The position numbers were made by a program, and so were the translations under genes. The notes under the pieces were generated by a model, which did no database searches, was not told the origin of the DNA, and saw nothing but the letters and a program-made list of their open reading frames with translations. From Botryllus schlosseri (taxonomy: Eukaryota): a stretch of 64,000 bases of DNA. The stretch spans positions 40,364,001-40,428,000 of the forward strand of contig CM119372.1 of NCBI GenBank assembly GCA_051294905.1, given 5' to 3'. Positions 1 to 14,000 of the stretch are shown here, one piece after another. Position 1 is the first letter of the stretch; every line of letters begins with the position of its first letter.

Positions 1-49
1 TCTGGGCTAGAAAAGATGAAGAACCTGGATGACACGTTTCTAATTAGAG

Positions 50-1182
50 CAGGGGTGGGCAAACTACGGCCCGCGGGCCGCATGCGGCCCGCAACACCGT
101 TCTGTGCGGCCCGCGAGAGTCTAAAGGAACTTTTTTAAAAATATTGATAAAATATATACTAAATATCGAATTAATGTAGGGACTTGATTAAAGTTTTTCT
201 TAGTATATTTCACCATTATAATTTTACGACAATGGTTACCAAACTGGGGTGCACCCCCTCCTTGGGGGTGTGAAGGCATCTGAAGGGGGCGCGAAGCTGA
301 GCTCGAATGAAAAAATTTTCGCGCTTCGCGCGATTGTAATCCAATTCATAATCATTGCTCTGTATTTAGTATGAATTTCATAGTTAAAAATCTCTCCTCC
401 ACAGTCGTAACCTTCCATGCCATCAAACTATCCGTTAGGTTTGCGTTTCACCATCATAAAGGGGGGGGGGGGGGGAGGCTTAACAAGTTTGAGAGCCACT
501 GTTCTAAGGTAAATACTTCCTATTATAACTTTTATGTTTAATTTCTTGCGCGACAGCTCGATCTCAAGGCCCACACAGTTTGATAGGTTTCAACTGCTAA
601 ACATCACAGAAATCCTAAACGAGATTGACATAATTCGGATCACGAGTGGGATTTCAGATTGGCCACTACAGTTTTAATTATCTCAGTGATGTGCTTATAA
701 AAACGATTTGCGCGTGTCTTAGGTAGATTCGTTCTCGGTATGCGTAGAATTGAGGAATCTATATTTTATCTACACATAGTAGAAGTGTGTTTGAAGCTAA
801 CATGGTTATGATGCTGTCAGCATTGTGAGTCCTGGAACTGAGCCAAAAGTGGAATCAGTAAATCTATGAACAGATCGCTGCTCACAGACTTAAATTTCAA
901 TCCGGTTCTAACAGACTTTCATCTCTATAGTTTTGACAAATTGGTTATTGAGGTCGACTAGCCGATGAAATCTCGCCACTATGTTTCTGACGCGAGTACG
1001 ATATCATCAAAGCAATGTTTCGTTTGTTTTAAATAACCACATATATTATCTCCATGTCCTCACTATATTATCAAATACCAATATTGCGTTTTGGTTTATA
1101 ATCCCAATTTTATATAGTGCGGCCCGCGAATGGATTTAGATGTTGAATGCGGCCCGCGAGCTCAAAAGTTTGCCCACCCCTG
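50..1182. mobile_element. non-autonomous hAT (Buster/Charlie-type) element with a nested MITE at about 230-501
   Basis: TIR CAGGGGTGGGCAAACT...AGTTTGCCCACCCCTG; perfect 8-bp TSD AATTAGAG; GCGGCCCGC subterminal repeats. Confidence 0.92.
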
Positions 1183-1800
1183 AATTAGAGTATTAGGCTT
1201 CGAGTCGAGTGTAGTATTCGTGTATCACTCATTATGGCGTCACTACAGTACGAATGATCGAATGGTTAAACTATCGACTTCTCGTGTGACCACATGAATA
1301 AAAAATAATGTTAAAGATTATTTGGTATTTTTGGAACATGCTTATTTCACTGAACTTTGTGACAATGCCGGGGGTCGATCACGACTTCACAGATATGTGA
1401 TTTCAACTGACATAGGTAGCTTTGTACGACACGTTTCGTATGCTGCTTTACGACTAATCGAGATTTCAAGGCTTCCACCGTGGAAAATAGTATCAAAACC
1501 CTAATGATCATTGATAAATTAATAACTCTTAGTGACAAGGATCGTATCATTTCAGTAGGCGAAAAATATATATATCTCACTACTCGATTCCAACTGTAAT
1601 AAGAATTAATGCCCGATTCAGATTCGAGCAACCCAATCATTGTGTGTATCCTAATTATCATCGGCCAGAACCCGGCAATCCTACTCACTGCTTCATCAAC
1701 GTTGCGATGTCCCGTGTTAGCAACATTGACGCCACTTGTCTGTTGTTCCTTTCATTTCATGCTTGCCTTTAAAATACGGTTTGCGAACATTACTTAGCAC

Positions 1801-2232
1801 TAGGTTTGCATTTAAAACAAAAAATCAATTTAAAATTAACATGTTTAAAACGAGGCCTTTGTTTACAACATGTTTTTTTACTGTTTTTTCATAAAGTCCT
1901 GACGTCACGAATATTCAATTGTGACGTCATAGTGTATTGATATCGGTTATTGAAATTATAGGGTAAATATAGCTCTTTTGACGAAATATCTGTACTATTG
2001 CTCTTGAACCAACTATTTTGAGGGCTCCAACCATCCCATATCGATATACGTCGGCTATATCGGGTGGTAATTGTCCGTAGGCTCATGCAACATGTTTTTT
2101 GGAAAGTATGGCGTAATTTTACAACTTGAAAAAAACACAATTTTTTTCAAAGGCCTTTGCTTAAAAAACACTGTTTAAAACATGTTTTAAACAAAATCCT
2201 TCAAAACATTGTTTGTTTTAAATGTAACCCTA
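1801..2232. mobile_element. MITE (TAGGGTTGCATTTAAAACA family)
   Basis: Terminal inverted repeats; TSD CTTAGCAC/CTTACCAC; related copies at 8484-8959 and about 40496-40858. Confidence 0.85.
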
Positions 2233-2560
2233 CTTACCACCAACTTCACATGTCTCAAAGCCTACCGCAACATAGGTTACGTGTGCGAGTGACATCATAA
2301 GTTATCTCGTTGGTAATAAATCGACATTGTGTGCTTTCCACAGTTTCGTCATGAGGCACGATGATCCTATTCGACTGTTTGCATTGGAAGTCAAACAGTC
2401 GGTTCGCGAGAGAAATTCACACGGAGATGGCAGGCTGCACGCTACATGATTTTCGTCTGAAGTCAAAGTGGTGCGAGTAGTTCATGAACTTTGAAGGGTA
2501 TTTGGTGGTCACTACTAGTTATATTGATGATATATGTGAGCAGCAGATATCCGTATTCAG

Positions 2561-3078
2561 TAGGGATGGGCACATTTATTCCAGTATTCAGATCTAAATC
2601 GAGTATTATTGCTAATGATACGAGGTCGAGTAGTGAGAAGTGATTTTGTCGAGTCATGAAATTGTATACACTCATAACCAGAAAGAGATAATTAATCAAT
2701 GAAAATGATAGTTTCGATACTATTTTCCACTGCGCAAGGCTTTAAACCTCGATTGGTCGTATCGCAGCATACGAAACACGCAATACAAAGCTGTGCACGT
2801 TAGTGTAAAATGACATATCTGTGAAGTCGTGATCGACCATAGTATTATCCCAATGCGCTGTGAAATTGGTATGTCCGAATAAACCCAAATTATCTTGAAT
2901 GTGATGTAGAGCCGGTATAATATTAGTTGTGGTCGCATAAAAGGTGCATATGCATAAAAGGTACACATGTGAGCTTTCCATATCTTCCACACGGCTGTGA
3001 CGTCATAATGAAGGATACTCGAATAGTCAACTCGAATCGAAGCTTACTATTCGATTCAGAATGAAATCATCCAGGCCC
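2561..3078. repeat. dispersed repeat family (probable MITE)
   Basis: Core CTCGATTGGTCGTATCGCAGCATA...GTCGTGATCGACC recurs at about 1200-1640 (reverse), 9330-9670 and split over 17490-18660. Boundaries approximate. Confidence 0.65.
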
Positions 3079-3807
3079 TCGGATATTAAGCCAAAAAGTC
3101 ATTGCTATTTAGAGAAACGTTGATCACTTTGAAACGCTGTAATCTTAGAGTAGACCTCGTAGTTATCGGTGTGTACGTATATACACGACACGGTCGCCTG
3201 AACGTACTAAACTCACATTTAGGATGTACCTTGTACAGTCTGCTGTCAGAAACGCTGTGGTGCGTATTGATAGATCGACTGTATAGGCGGCTTGAAGGCC
3301 GAGAATACAAACAACGCTCAACTCGCAAACCTTTGAAATGGATCGGCAAATATCACACAAGTCTTTGTTAAGGATACGAGTTGGCGTGATGTTGCTCGGC
3401 ATTCACCTTCTAAGCCGCCTTTCCGTTACAAATGATGAGATCCCATGTTATATAGCGGTCTTCGAGCGTCTTTCACGGAGATACCCGAATCAACCGTATC
3501 AGGGATAGTTGAGAAATTCATGTAGCTGCCGAATATGGATGGGTAAGGCTGGGCAAAATTGAGTACGCGAGCAATTCTATTCGGATTCGAGTGGTGCTAG
3601 AATCGTTGCGCTTGATCAAGTATTAGATACGATTCCGACGGGATGGATTCTTTGGCATTTCTGCGTTTATTCCATTACTATTTTCATCAGTTTAAAACAC
3701 CACAATCGACGAAGGTGTCGAAATGAATTGGAATAGTCTTGCAATCAAAGACCCTCCTTGGCGAAGAATGAGTAAATAAAAGGCTTGCACAATTTGTTCA
3801 TGTGCAC

Positions 3808-4192
3808 TAGGGTTGTTCAAAAATAACTTTCATTCCCGGATTCCGGAGATTCACTGATTAAATTGTTCGGTTCTCTAAAAAATGCAGCACACCAAATCCG
3901 CTCAATTCCAATAAGTAGAAGCCGACGCAGACTGAATTCGATTAAAAAAAATAAAAAAAATTACTACCTAATGAAATTGTTGACGCAATTGTTGACGCGA
4001 TTCCAACAATTAGAAGCGAAGCTATTTGAATTTTTCATTCATTATTCTGGGATTACCCACCGTCAATGCTATTTTTACAAATCCATAACTTTCAACTGCA
4101 ATAATTCCGCTTCTACCGGTTGGAAGTAGGCAGCCTAAACATTTAATCAGTGAATCCCGGAATTCGAAAAAAGTTACGTTTGAACAACCCTA
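3808..4192. mobile_element. palindromic MITE (TAGGGTTGTTCAAA family)
   Basis: Long TIRs; perfect TSD ATGTGCAC; relatives at 14114-14411 and 24288-24732. Confidence 0.9.
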
Positions 4193-5424
4193 ATGTGCAC
4201 TGAATTAAGAGTATAACAGTTTGTAATGTTTGACCAAGAAAAATTGGCCCATTCGGTGCATTGCCAAGAACATAAACGACCAAAGGATGGCAAACAATAA
4301 TAAAGTCGGATTCACGTAATTGGCAGTGGTATCTTCTTAAACGATCATATTTATTACATCGGTAGGATCGCGAGGAATGAATTTAAATCCACTTGAAAAC
4401 GAATGAAATAGAGGTGGGAACGTCTGTTACGGATACAGAACCGTTGCACGTGTCAATTATTTCATACGCCGGCCCGAATAAACAGTATTTATTAACCATA
4501 GTCGAGTTGAAGACATATCGTAACGTCTTAAACATATATGACATTGTAAACATGGCTTTTTAATTGCTATTGTACAAAATTATTTCCAAAGCGCGACATT
4601 AAGTCTATGGTCAGTCAATAAGTGGTATTGAAAGAACACCTCATTTTGATGGCTCCCATGTCATTTAACGCCTATCATCTGTACAATATAGATGTTTAGT
4701 CAAGTGCTGTAAAATACGCTACCATATGGTTGCGGCCTATTATAGTTTATGTTCGAGGGCTGTCGCATACATTCCTGGTTGATATCTACGAAGTGCGTGT
4801 AACAATCTCGAGAAAGTAAGATTTTCATCCACGGATATTTATCCCTTATCTGCGTAATGTAGCTACCAGGCCCGGACAACTGGATAATTGTAGCTGTGTA
4901 ATTAGAACGAAATACCAGTAATCCTATCATCTTCTACCTGGTTAGATATGTCTATGCTCTCATTTTAATTCTAATTTAATTTCTGCTTTTCTTGATAACG
5001 CTACAGGAGAACTATATCGTGCAAAACAAGCTGAGGTTGGTGAAAAGACATTTGCCATTCTCGTGCTGATGAGAATGAACTGATTTGATATAACCTGAAC
5101 TTGAGTTATTTCCTAATTCGGAATTCAATTCAGTTTCCAAGTATTCTCTAATTCAGTAATTCCAATTCTAATCGAATTTGAAATATATGAAAGTTGTCCA
5201 ACTCCAGTGGAGATTACAGTCCGGATAGTATCGCCTTAGGTGGCAATTCGTTGCGGTATCAACGGAGAGCATTGGTTAGTGACATCGAAACGACCCGAAT
5301 CTGAAAAATAAATAGCTTACCATAGCCTACATAGTTCGCCTACAACTACATTTTGGCGCTAGTCGACTCGTTTACATGGAAAAGGTTTGATATCAGATCA
5401 GACATGATAGTGAAGTGTCTAGAA

Positions 5425-6546
5425 CAGGGTTTCCTAACCTTCTTTCAGCCGTGGCCCATTTCAAGGTTTGAAAATACTCTGTGGCCAACCTCTTATCTTA
5501 GTGTCATAGTTTTATTCAATGTGTGGTAATCGACGGCGCCGATATCCGCATTTCTCTAAATTATACTAATTTTTCTGTTATTACTAATCATACTTTAATG
5601 CAGACCTGTGGGGACATGAAATCGTGCCAAGCGCGACGAAAAAAGCTGAATAAATCTGCTCCATATGACCCAATGATCCAATCTTCGCACCCACTGTGTG
5701 ATTGGGGTTTTTGCTCCACTACGGTGGGGAATGATATAACCATTCTGGTCCCGCCCCAAACAATTCTTTGGTGAATGAGATACTACAGAGAAGTGGGGAA
5801 CGAATTTTGTAGTATGCTTTACCTGAACGTACAGTATGTACAGAGTATGTATTGTACCTATTGAAGTTGCGACGTCAAGACATAATATCTGACGATACAA
5901 TCAATTCATGTTGCTCTTACATTATGTACAATGACTTGAAGGTTGAAAATTTTCAGACCGACCCCAAAGATTATTATGAAGCGCTGTATCCTCATTCCAT
6001 TACGATACGTTACGGTGGTGCAGTATAGGCTACTTCCACAGGAAGTTGATAATTGATAATAATGAATTGCAATTGTAGATATTTTTATCTTACAATAATA
6101 CCACCTGCCGAAGTACCGTAAATCTAGGTCAAATGCACTTCAGTCTGAGTTTAATGCAGAGCCTTTTCAAAGACATACGACGTATGACACTGGCGGAATA
6201 CTTGATTACTTCTGCATTAACTTCCATTAATTATATAATCGAAATTATTTTCTTTGCTTTTGGCCGTAGGTTGTCATAGCAGGGTGACAAAAGCCATCGT
6301 TTCTCTCTCCCTCCCATTTTCGACTTGTACACTTTGACTGCATACGCGTCACTACAACTCATCAGAGTCGGATGAAAAGCTTATAGCCTACGTATAATAC
6401 GTATAATTCGATGATATGAATGTATTTTTGAATATATGAACATAACAAGCAGGCAATAACTAAACTTTTCCTAAATCTACAATTTTCTGAATAGCTCTGT
6501 GGTCCACCTCAAATTACTCCTTAAGCCCACCATTTGAAAACCCCAG
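5425..6546. mobile_element. degenerate non-autonomous hAT element
   Basis: CAGGGTTTCCTAACC...TTTGAAAACCCCAG; TSD GTCTAGAA/GCGTAGAA (2 mismatches). Confidence 0.6.
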
Positions 6547-7654
6547 GCGTAGAACAGTGCTTCCAGGTTACCTAGTCAGTCAAATTAACCTACTATTTAA
6601 GTTAGCTCCACTTCTGCTCTAGGAATATGTCTCCAAAATTAAGCAATATCCATATCGTCCCTTGAAAGCGAAATGTCATTCTTTATTATTATTGTTATTA
6701 ATAATAATTGATGAGACATTGTGGCGCTTGTCACCTTATTGGTCTGGTGCGCTGCAGCTAAAATTTCGTATCGAAAGTCACAAACCATTTACCTATAAAT
6801 GACTTCAATTAGCACATTGCTGGCCATCACGAACTCAACGAGAGGAGATAGAAGTCATACTAAACTGAACAGCTATACTTTTGCGCAGTATTCAGACAGG
6901 TTTTATATCTTTTTTCACTTGCACAAGTAATTGCGTTTGTATACTACTTCTACGTTAACGTTCTTATGATGCTCAAATATTAATTTTTGGCTCTACTTGA
7001 TATTAGTAAGTGAGAAGTACTTTGGGGATTCCCTTCAAAACTGAGTTGCTACGAAGTTAATAGATTACATAAATAAGCAATAAGCATGAAGCAATATAAA
7101 TTTCTCCGATTCGATGGTTTTGCCTTCTCGGGGGCTGAGATGAGTCTAGCATTAAGTCGATTTTTTCATCAACACCATCAGTTATTATATCCATTGAACT
7201 GGCAAGAGACCAGAATTCTAATACAACTGACTGAACGTTTTACTATTGTAGCCCCCTCCCCCAATCACCCCTTCATTATTTCCTCTCCCGTCTCTCTAAA
7301 TCGCCTAGGGGGCAATATCGTCCACCTCAGGAACCACAGGTCTAGAGCCTCGTCGATTCAAGTAGTCAAATCTTAGTCGAGTATCAAATATGATGACACG
7401 GCAACGAAAAATGTGCTTTCGACGCCTTATTACCATCGTGAGAACCTTGAGACATCGGTTGATCGTATCACGACGTAAATTTTTCATGTGTAGTATAGAC
7501 TGGAAGCTACCGAGAAACGAACGTAGAGTGAAAAGGTAGCACGGGATACTTTCGCAATTAAGTTCATTTCAGGTGCAAGTTATTAACTTACAGTGCCGCT
7601 ATGACCAAGTACAGTTTTAGCGAAAAGAGTGTTCACTCACACCCAAATGATGAT

Positions 7655-7782
7655 ACACGAAAGCAGAACCTAACTCAGAATGATATCGTGGTTTTAAATC
7701 TTACGTTCATGCATAATTTGGATTAAAATGTTGTGTTTGACTGCGGTATAAGTTCGAGGTATGTTCTGATTTCGTGCACCAC
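7655..7782. repeat. short palindromic MITE-like repeat
   Basis: CACGAAAGCAGAACC...TTTCGTG; similar copies at about 13540-13710 (reverse) and 26382-26530. Confidence 0.55.
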
Positions 7783-7924
7783 TGGAGGTTATTCACAGCC
7801 GTATATCACGGGTGGTGCACGGATGCCCATACATACTCTTTTCGCTAAGGGTGTATTTCTATCTATACACTTGCAGCTCATATATAAAATGTAAATATTT
7901 ATTTAAAAGTCACTCTGTAGAAAA

Positions 7925-8056
7925 ATGACTTCGATGGAGTTCGACCTTCGGCGAGCGTTGCTTCTGAAAGACGAACAGATCCGTGAGCTGCAATGTTCGC
8001 TCATAGAGAAAGAAGCGCTAATCGAGGAGTTGCGAGCGAGTTTGGATAAATATCAG
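7925..8056 (+). CDS. PRKG1: PRKG1 alpha-type exon 1 (leucine zipper)
   Basis: [44 protein letters not shown], then GTCAGT donor (phase 0); heptad pattern like the PKG-I-alpha zipper. Confidence 0.9.
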
Positions 8057-11000
8057 GTCAGTTGCGGCTCTTCAACACATTGTTACCGGAGTTTGTTGCG
8101 CTCCAGATGGATTCGCGATACTTAAGCATGACGATAACTGGCAGATGCTTCTCATCTATAATTCGAAGAGAGGAAATGAGAGAGAACTTTTTTTTTCATT
8201 CCGACGAGATGCATTGCAAAAAAAACTATACTGAGGATTCAGGAAATCACGCGGACTCAGTATTACTGATCGTATAGAAATGATCTTTTATCTTACTACA
8301 AGCATGCGAAACTGGAAGCAAAACTGGAAGCAATGTCTTGGTCAAGTAGGGAATCGGTGCTACGAAAACAATAGGTAATCAAGGGATACTATATAAATCT
8401 ATCATGCGACAATGCACGGGAATGTTGCGGTAGTGTGTTCCACATGATAGGTCCGAGTAGTCAAGAAATCTCTTAGTTGGGATCAGGGTTGCATTTAAAA
8501 CAAACATCTATTTAAAACATTTTTTAACTGTTTTTATGTGTATGTTTTTCGTCATAGGGTAAATATGGCTCCTTCGACGAATTTACTTCAGACCACTGAC
8601 ATAAACAGACCAAAAATATCTCTAACCAGGACTACATCGATATGCGGCAATTTTACGGCCGGCAGTTCTCATCACCAGAACACCCATTCCGTACCAATGA
8701 TCGATATCTAACTGCTATAACTGTCGAACAGACGATGGTTTCGAGGGTTCCAGCAACCCCACATCGTATACGTTGACTCTGCTGGGTGCAAATCGTCCGT
8801 AAAATCATAGTACATGGTTTTCAGAAGTATTCACACAATTATGGCATAATTACACAACGTTTGGAAAAAAACATTTTTTTAAAGGCGTTCGTTTAAAACG
8901 CTGTAAGCATGTTTTAGAAAAAATATTCTAAAACACCGTTTGTTTCAAATGCTTACCTAGTTGGGATACTATTTGGTTGGATAATTTGATCATTTTGATC
9001 GATGCTGATGACACAGTATATAATGAGTATAGGCGTAAGGACAGGTTAACGTTGCCATCCACTCCATGCCTCGATGACGCAGATATCGATCGAGGACGAG
9101 CAGGTGCAACAACGACCTTTCTCGAGAAGCTTTTAATTAAATGCGCCATTCATATTTACTCGACCACGCGCGAAGACGGGTCATTGGCCTCGAGTCTCGG
9201 GGGAAGGAGAAATGACTCACAGCTGATTCGAATCCAACTCGAATATGCATCAACCGAATCAGACAATTTTCAAAAAGTGCCACAATACCTCCTCTAAGGA
9301 CTATGGCTAGACAGTGGACACGATGATTCGATTAGTCGAATCTGGATGGCCAATTTATTCTGGTAATTCGAGTCGCGTAGTGAGAGGCGATTTTTCAACT
9401 ACTGAAATGAAAAGCCCATTTCCGCCTACACTTATATTATCGATGTGTCTAAACCTCGATTGATCGTATCACAGCATATGAAACATCAAGTAGAAAGCTA
9501 TGCACGAAGTCGTGATCAACCCACAGCATTCTCACAAAGCGTAATGAAATAGGTCTTGTCGAAAAATAATGAGTTTGAATTGATTTGGAATATCGGCGTG
9601 TGGTACTTTTCACATTATCTGTATTCCTGACGTCGTAATGTGCAATACATGAATTCTCGACACGATTCAAAGTCTATTACTGACCACTGTCAGTAGTGAA
9701 GACTCTGAGCTAGCAATAGCTGCAAGAACATCGCAAAACATAACACCGGTATCACGATTCACGCCAAACGATGACACGTGTTAATCCACCACTACAGCTA
9801 GGACTGAAACTACTGTCCATCTAACCAGATTTGTACAAATCTGACGTCATAACTCATAACGCTCCTGATTCCTTCCATGCAGTCCATCTTAGCCCACGCG
9901 GCTCACCAGCGTCAGCCACCGGCTGAAAAAAAGACGAAGCATCGCAAGGAGAGGGCGCAAGGCATCAGCGCCGAGCCGCAAGTCGCCGTTCTACGGGATT
10001 CCAAAACCTATCCAAAGCCAAACAAGTAAGTATCTAGTTCTAGACTGGATGTTGTTTATTCTTGTTTGGATATAATTGGAGAAGAGACATGCTACTTTTC
10101 CATACACGCGTCCATGTGCGGAGAAATTAGGGATTACATTTTAGTTCCACTTTGCTAGTGGTATTCTTAACATGAGGTACCCCCTGGGGACTAAATTTAA
10201 AGGTCCATAGAATGCCAATGTCTACACCACAACTATAATATGTATCTATATCTATATACATATATTTATAATAATAGTCTTTATTTGCGCCTAGCACATG
10301 TCACCATCGGCACTTATGAGCTTGCTTTAGTCATCAGGTAGCTTTGCCGGCAAGTATACCGTTCTATAGCCAACCTATGCTGTCCAGTCCACGAAACGTT
10401 CAATAGCGGCCAGCGCAACCGCTCAAAACGCTTAAATGACCGCGCCAACAAAAAGGTTAGGAAACACTTCTTCGCATGGAGCCGTGAACATTCATGTCTT
10501 GGCGTGTTCCATGTTACCGTGATCCATCGAGCTGCTATTTTCACGCAAACATCATCATTATCGATTTGCTGGCGAATGTTGACCACAGAATAATCCGCGA
10601 CGCAGCCTAAACAAGCCGTTGATCGGTAATTGGCTAGAGATGAGTCATCGGAAATAGCTCTATTAGCATGTATTTACATCGGCTAATGGAAACCGATTGT
10701 GTGGCAGAGCGAACGAATGTTTTCCATTGGAATACAGCGAGCGATGCATGGATGGAGAAGGTTTAGATATGAAGGAATTCAACTCGCACAGAAACTGCAT
10801 TGGTCTGCGCTTATAGTCAAATTGACAATTACTGTTCGATTGTCGATTGCAGTGTTCCGATTTGAATGGCGGGAACAGACTCGTGCAAACTACCAATCTA
10901 GTTATTATTAATGCTATTATATTTAAAAGGAAGTTGAGTGACGCATATTATACTTTTTTCGTCAGGACTGTACAGGAGTCAGCAAACATTATATTCAAAG

Positions 11001-14000
11001 CAACTAAAACCTCTAGAACTGTTTATTTTTGTATTTTTTTTTATAATTTTCCACATCAGACGTGATATATAGTAGTAAGTTTGTATAACCTGCACATTGG
11101 CAAAGTATCAATCTAGTTAGTTCAAGGTCATCAAATAACTACTGGTTATTTGAGTAGTTTTGGTCCTATAGTTGCGGATTTTGAAACGCGACTACTTCAA
11201 CTTCTAATTTAAACAACCATAAAATACGTGTCGTTGTTTGGCGTAAATCGTATTACCGGTGTTGTTTTGTATCATTGTTGGCTCGGAGTCATCACTGCCA
11301 ACGGCGGCGCAGTCAGGGGTGGATTTTGGTGGTCGAACTCCCGACCCGATTCTGATCGAATAAAGATTGATGGTTTGCTTCAGACCTGATTCTATAGTCA
11401 TTAGTCAGTTGTGTTTTAGTTGGTTGCGGATTTTTAAGGATCGTTAATTAGAGTGCTATTTCCCTCTGCGAATTTCGAATATCCGATAGTTTCTACAAGT
11501 TTGAGTGCCACGATACAAATTCGAGACATCTATTTACTGCTGGAAAAGTGAGTATTGTGGGCAACGATTTCTAAACCCGGCAAGCGAAGGGATTGTTTCA
11601 ATTAACGCGGCAGTGTGAGGTGACAGAGTACACCAACATAAAATAAGATAGCTGGCTTGTGCTACCGAAATTGAACATTAAGCATCCATTGCCTTGAACA
11701 TTAGGCATCCATTGCAATAATGCATATGATTTTCACTGTATTGCGTAGGTTAGACCCTTTCTTCATTTTAAAATGTGGGAATCTACATCGATTCGCTTTC
11801 CAACAATCAATGGAAATGATTCCCAGTTTTTGTGAACAAAAATATTTTTGATGTGACTTACAAATCTACCATTAGTCTGCTTTTCTTTATGTATCTCTTC
11901 TGTCGTTTACCTGTATCGTTGCTATTCCGGTACCAAGTTCTTGTTGTTACCATTGTTACAATACGAATATCTGTAATTTGGATTGATTAGCCATACATTG
12001 GCATATTGGTTTCACTTTTGCATCTGTTTGATTCCTTAGTTGTGTCGATAATTCTCGATAAGAGGCACCGGGAAAGTATTTTCGAGTTATCGTATATGTA
12101 TCCTTGCAATTGACAATGTAATAAAGCCAGTTAGACGTCTTTGTATCGCAAATTTTGGATTTGGGCGACAAATTTAGATAGTTTTGAGAAAATCAAATAG
12201 TGTTGATTCGCTAGCAATTTTGATCACTTTTACCACTCAGACGCGATTTCGAATTGTGACGCAGGCAGAAGGGTCGAGTTAAAATCTGTTATCTGACATC
12301 AAAAGAATCTTTCGAAAAGCCACGAGATGTGAAATGTATCGACTCGTGAAGAATGTGTAGACTTGAACTGCTAAAGTATGTTTTGAAATCGGTCCCTTAT
12401 CGAGGCCTCGAGGCGAAATTTTGAGTTAATGTCGCGTAACGGAATATGTTTTGGGTTACGTTTGACGTTTAGAAGCGGGATTGTCGGTTGTTTGCAGTCT
12501 CTGTTTAAACAGTTTCTCGCGCAATATCAGAAAGCAATTAATTGATTTTACGTCTTCCTAAGTGATCAACATTAGATATCGGCAATAACAGGACACAAAA
12601 GCAATCGATTTCTCAGCATTAATTACGATAAAATTACGAATACGTATTTATGGCAGTCAGACGATGGTGGGTCTTTGTTGCCGCTGTCATGGGTCGTTTA
12701 TGAATCGGTTGTCAGGATATAACCACTCGTAATCGCATTGCGTTACATTATTTGCGCGAGCCTCAGGAAAGAGCGGTAGCTAAGTTTTTAACGAGGTTCA
12801 GAATGTCTGGTTGAAGAGATATATTCTGGACTTCTTGGACAGAGCAGGTTTGTGTTTTGATTTGAAAACTTCAATGCAGTCGCAGAATGTATGCTTTCCA
12901 CGTTAAGATTGAGGCCACTCAAATAGACGTGACATTTTCTAAAATGTCCAAAATACTTGAGAAGGGTATATATAAAAGTAGCAATGAAATGAAATATTCG
13001 AAACGATGCGATATCATGCGAACGACACCAATCGCTCAAATGTATTGCAAACTACTAAACTATTTAATTGCACGGCTACTGCTGATGCGTAAAATACTAA
13101 CGGTGTCGATAAAGCATGCACTCCAGACATGATCGCTTAAAAGTAACCCCATGTCTCGTTTCATAACTCAAAAGCGTCGCGAGTATTTATTCAGCAGTCG
13201 CACACTGGAGGCATGTCGTTCGTGTACGTTCATTGAATGATTTTGAGACGAAGATCATTGTTAAGAGAATGTTACTGCTAGAAAACATCGACTTCAGATC
13301 AGTGTGTTTCAGTGACATGTATCGCATACCCCAGTGTGCACCATAATATTGCAAACGCGTACAGCGTTAATGGTTCTGGCTGCACCAGACACATTATCAC
13401 AATATGTAGGCAGGTTTATGCCTTATACCAGGTTAACAGGATGCAATATATACGGTACACTCTTAGCGAAAAGAGTGTAAATTTCCAGTCGTGTAGCACA
13501 CCTGATATACGGGAGTGTATATACAGTATACACCCATGATACATGAAACCAGAACCTACCTCAGACTTATACCGCGGTGTAACATTTTATTACAAATTAT
13601 ATATGCACGTAGAAACGTAGGAAGGTATGCAGTGCATACTATGCACGTGGCAAGGTAGGATTTATGTCTGCGATATAATTCTGAGTTAGGTTCTGTTTTT
13701 GTGTACCACCATTTTCCGTCCTTGGCCGTGACCACACACTCTTTTCGGTAAGAGTGTACAACATCTATCATTTATTGGAAACTAAAACCCTAGCATAGAT
13801 TAAAAAAAAAATCAACTGTGAGTCGGTAATGGACATCTCGTGGTGCTACTGCCGAAATGTGGAGCCTATTTTCAAGGGGGAAGTTTTCTGTGTTGTGGAT
13901 CGTGAAGCCGCTTACAAATGTAGAGTGTAACTTGAGCATTTTGGCGACTTCGCCAGTGAACATGTTTAAGTTCAATACGATTTGCTTCAATGGCATAGTT

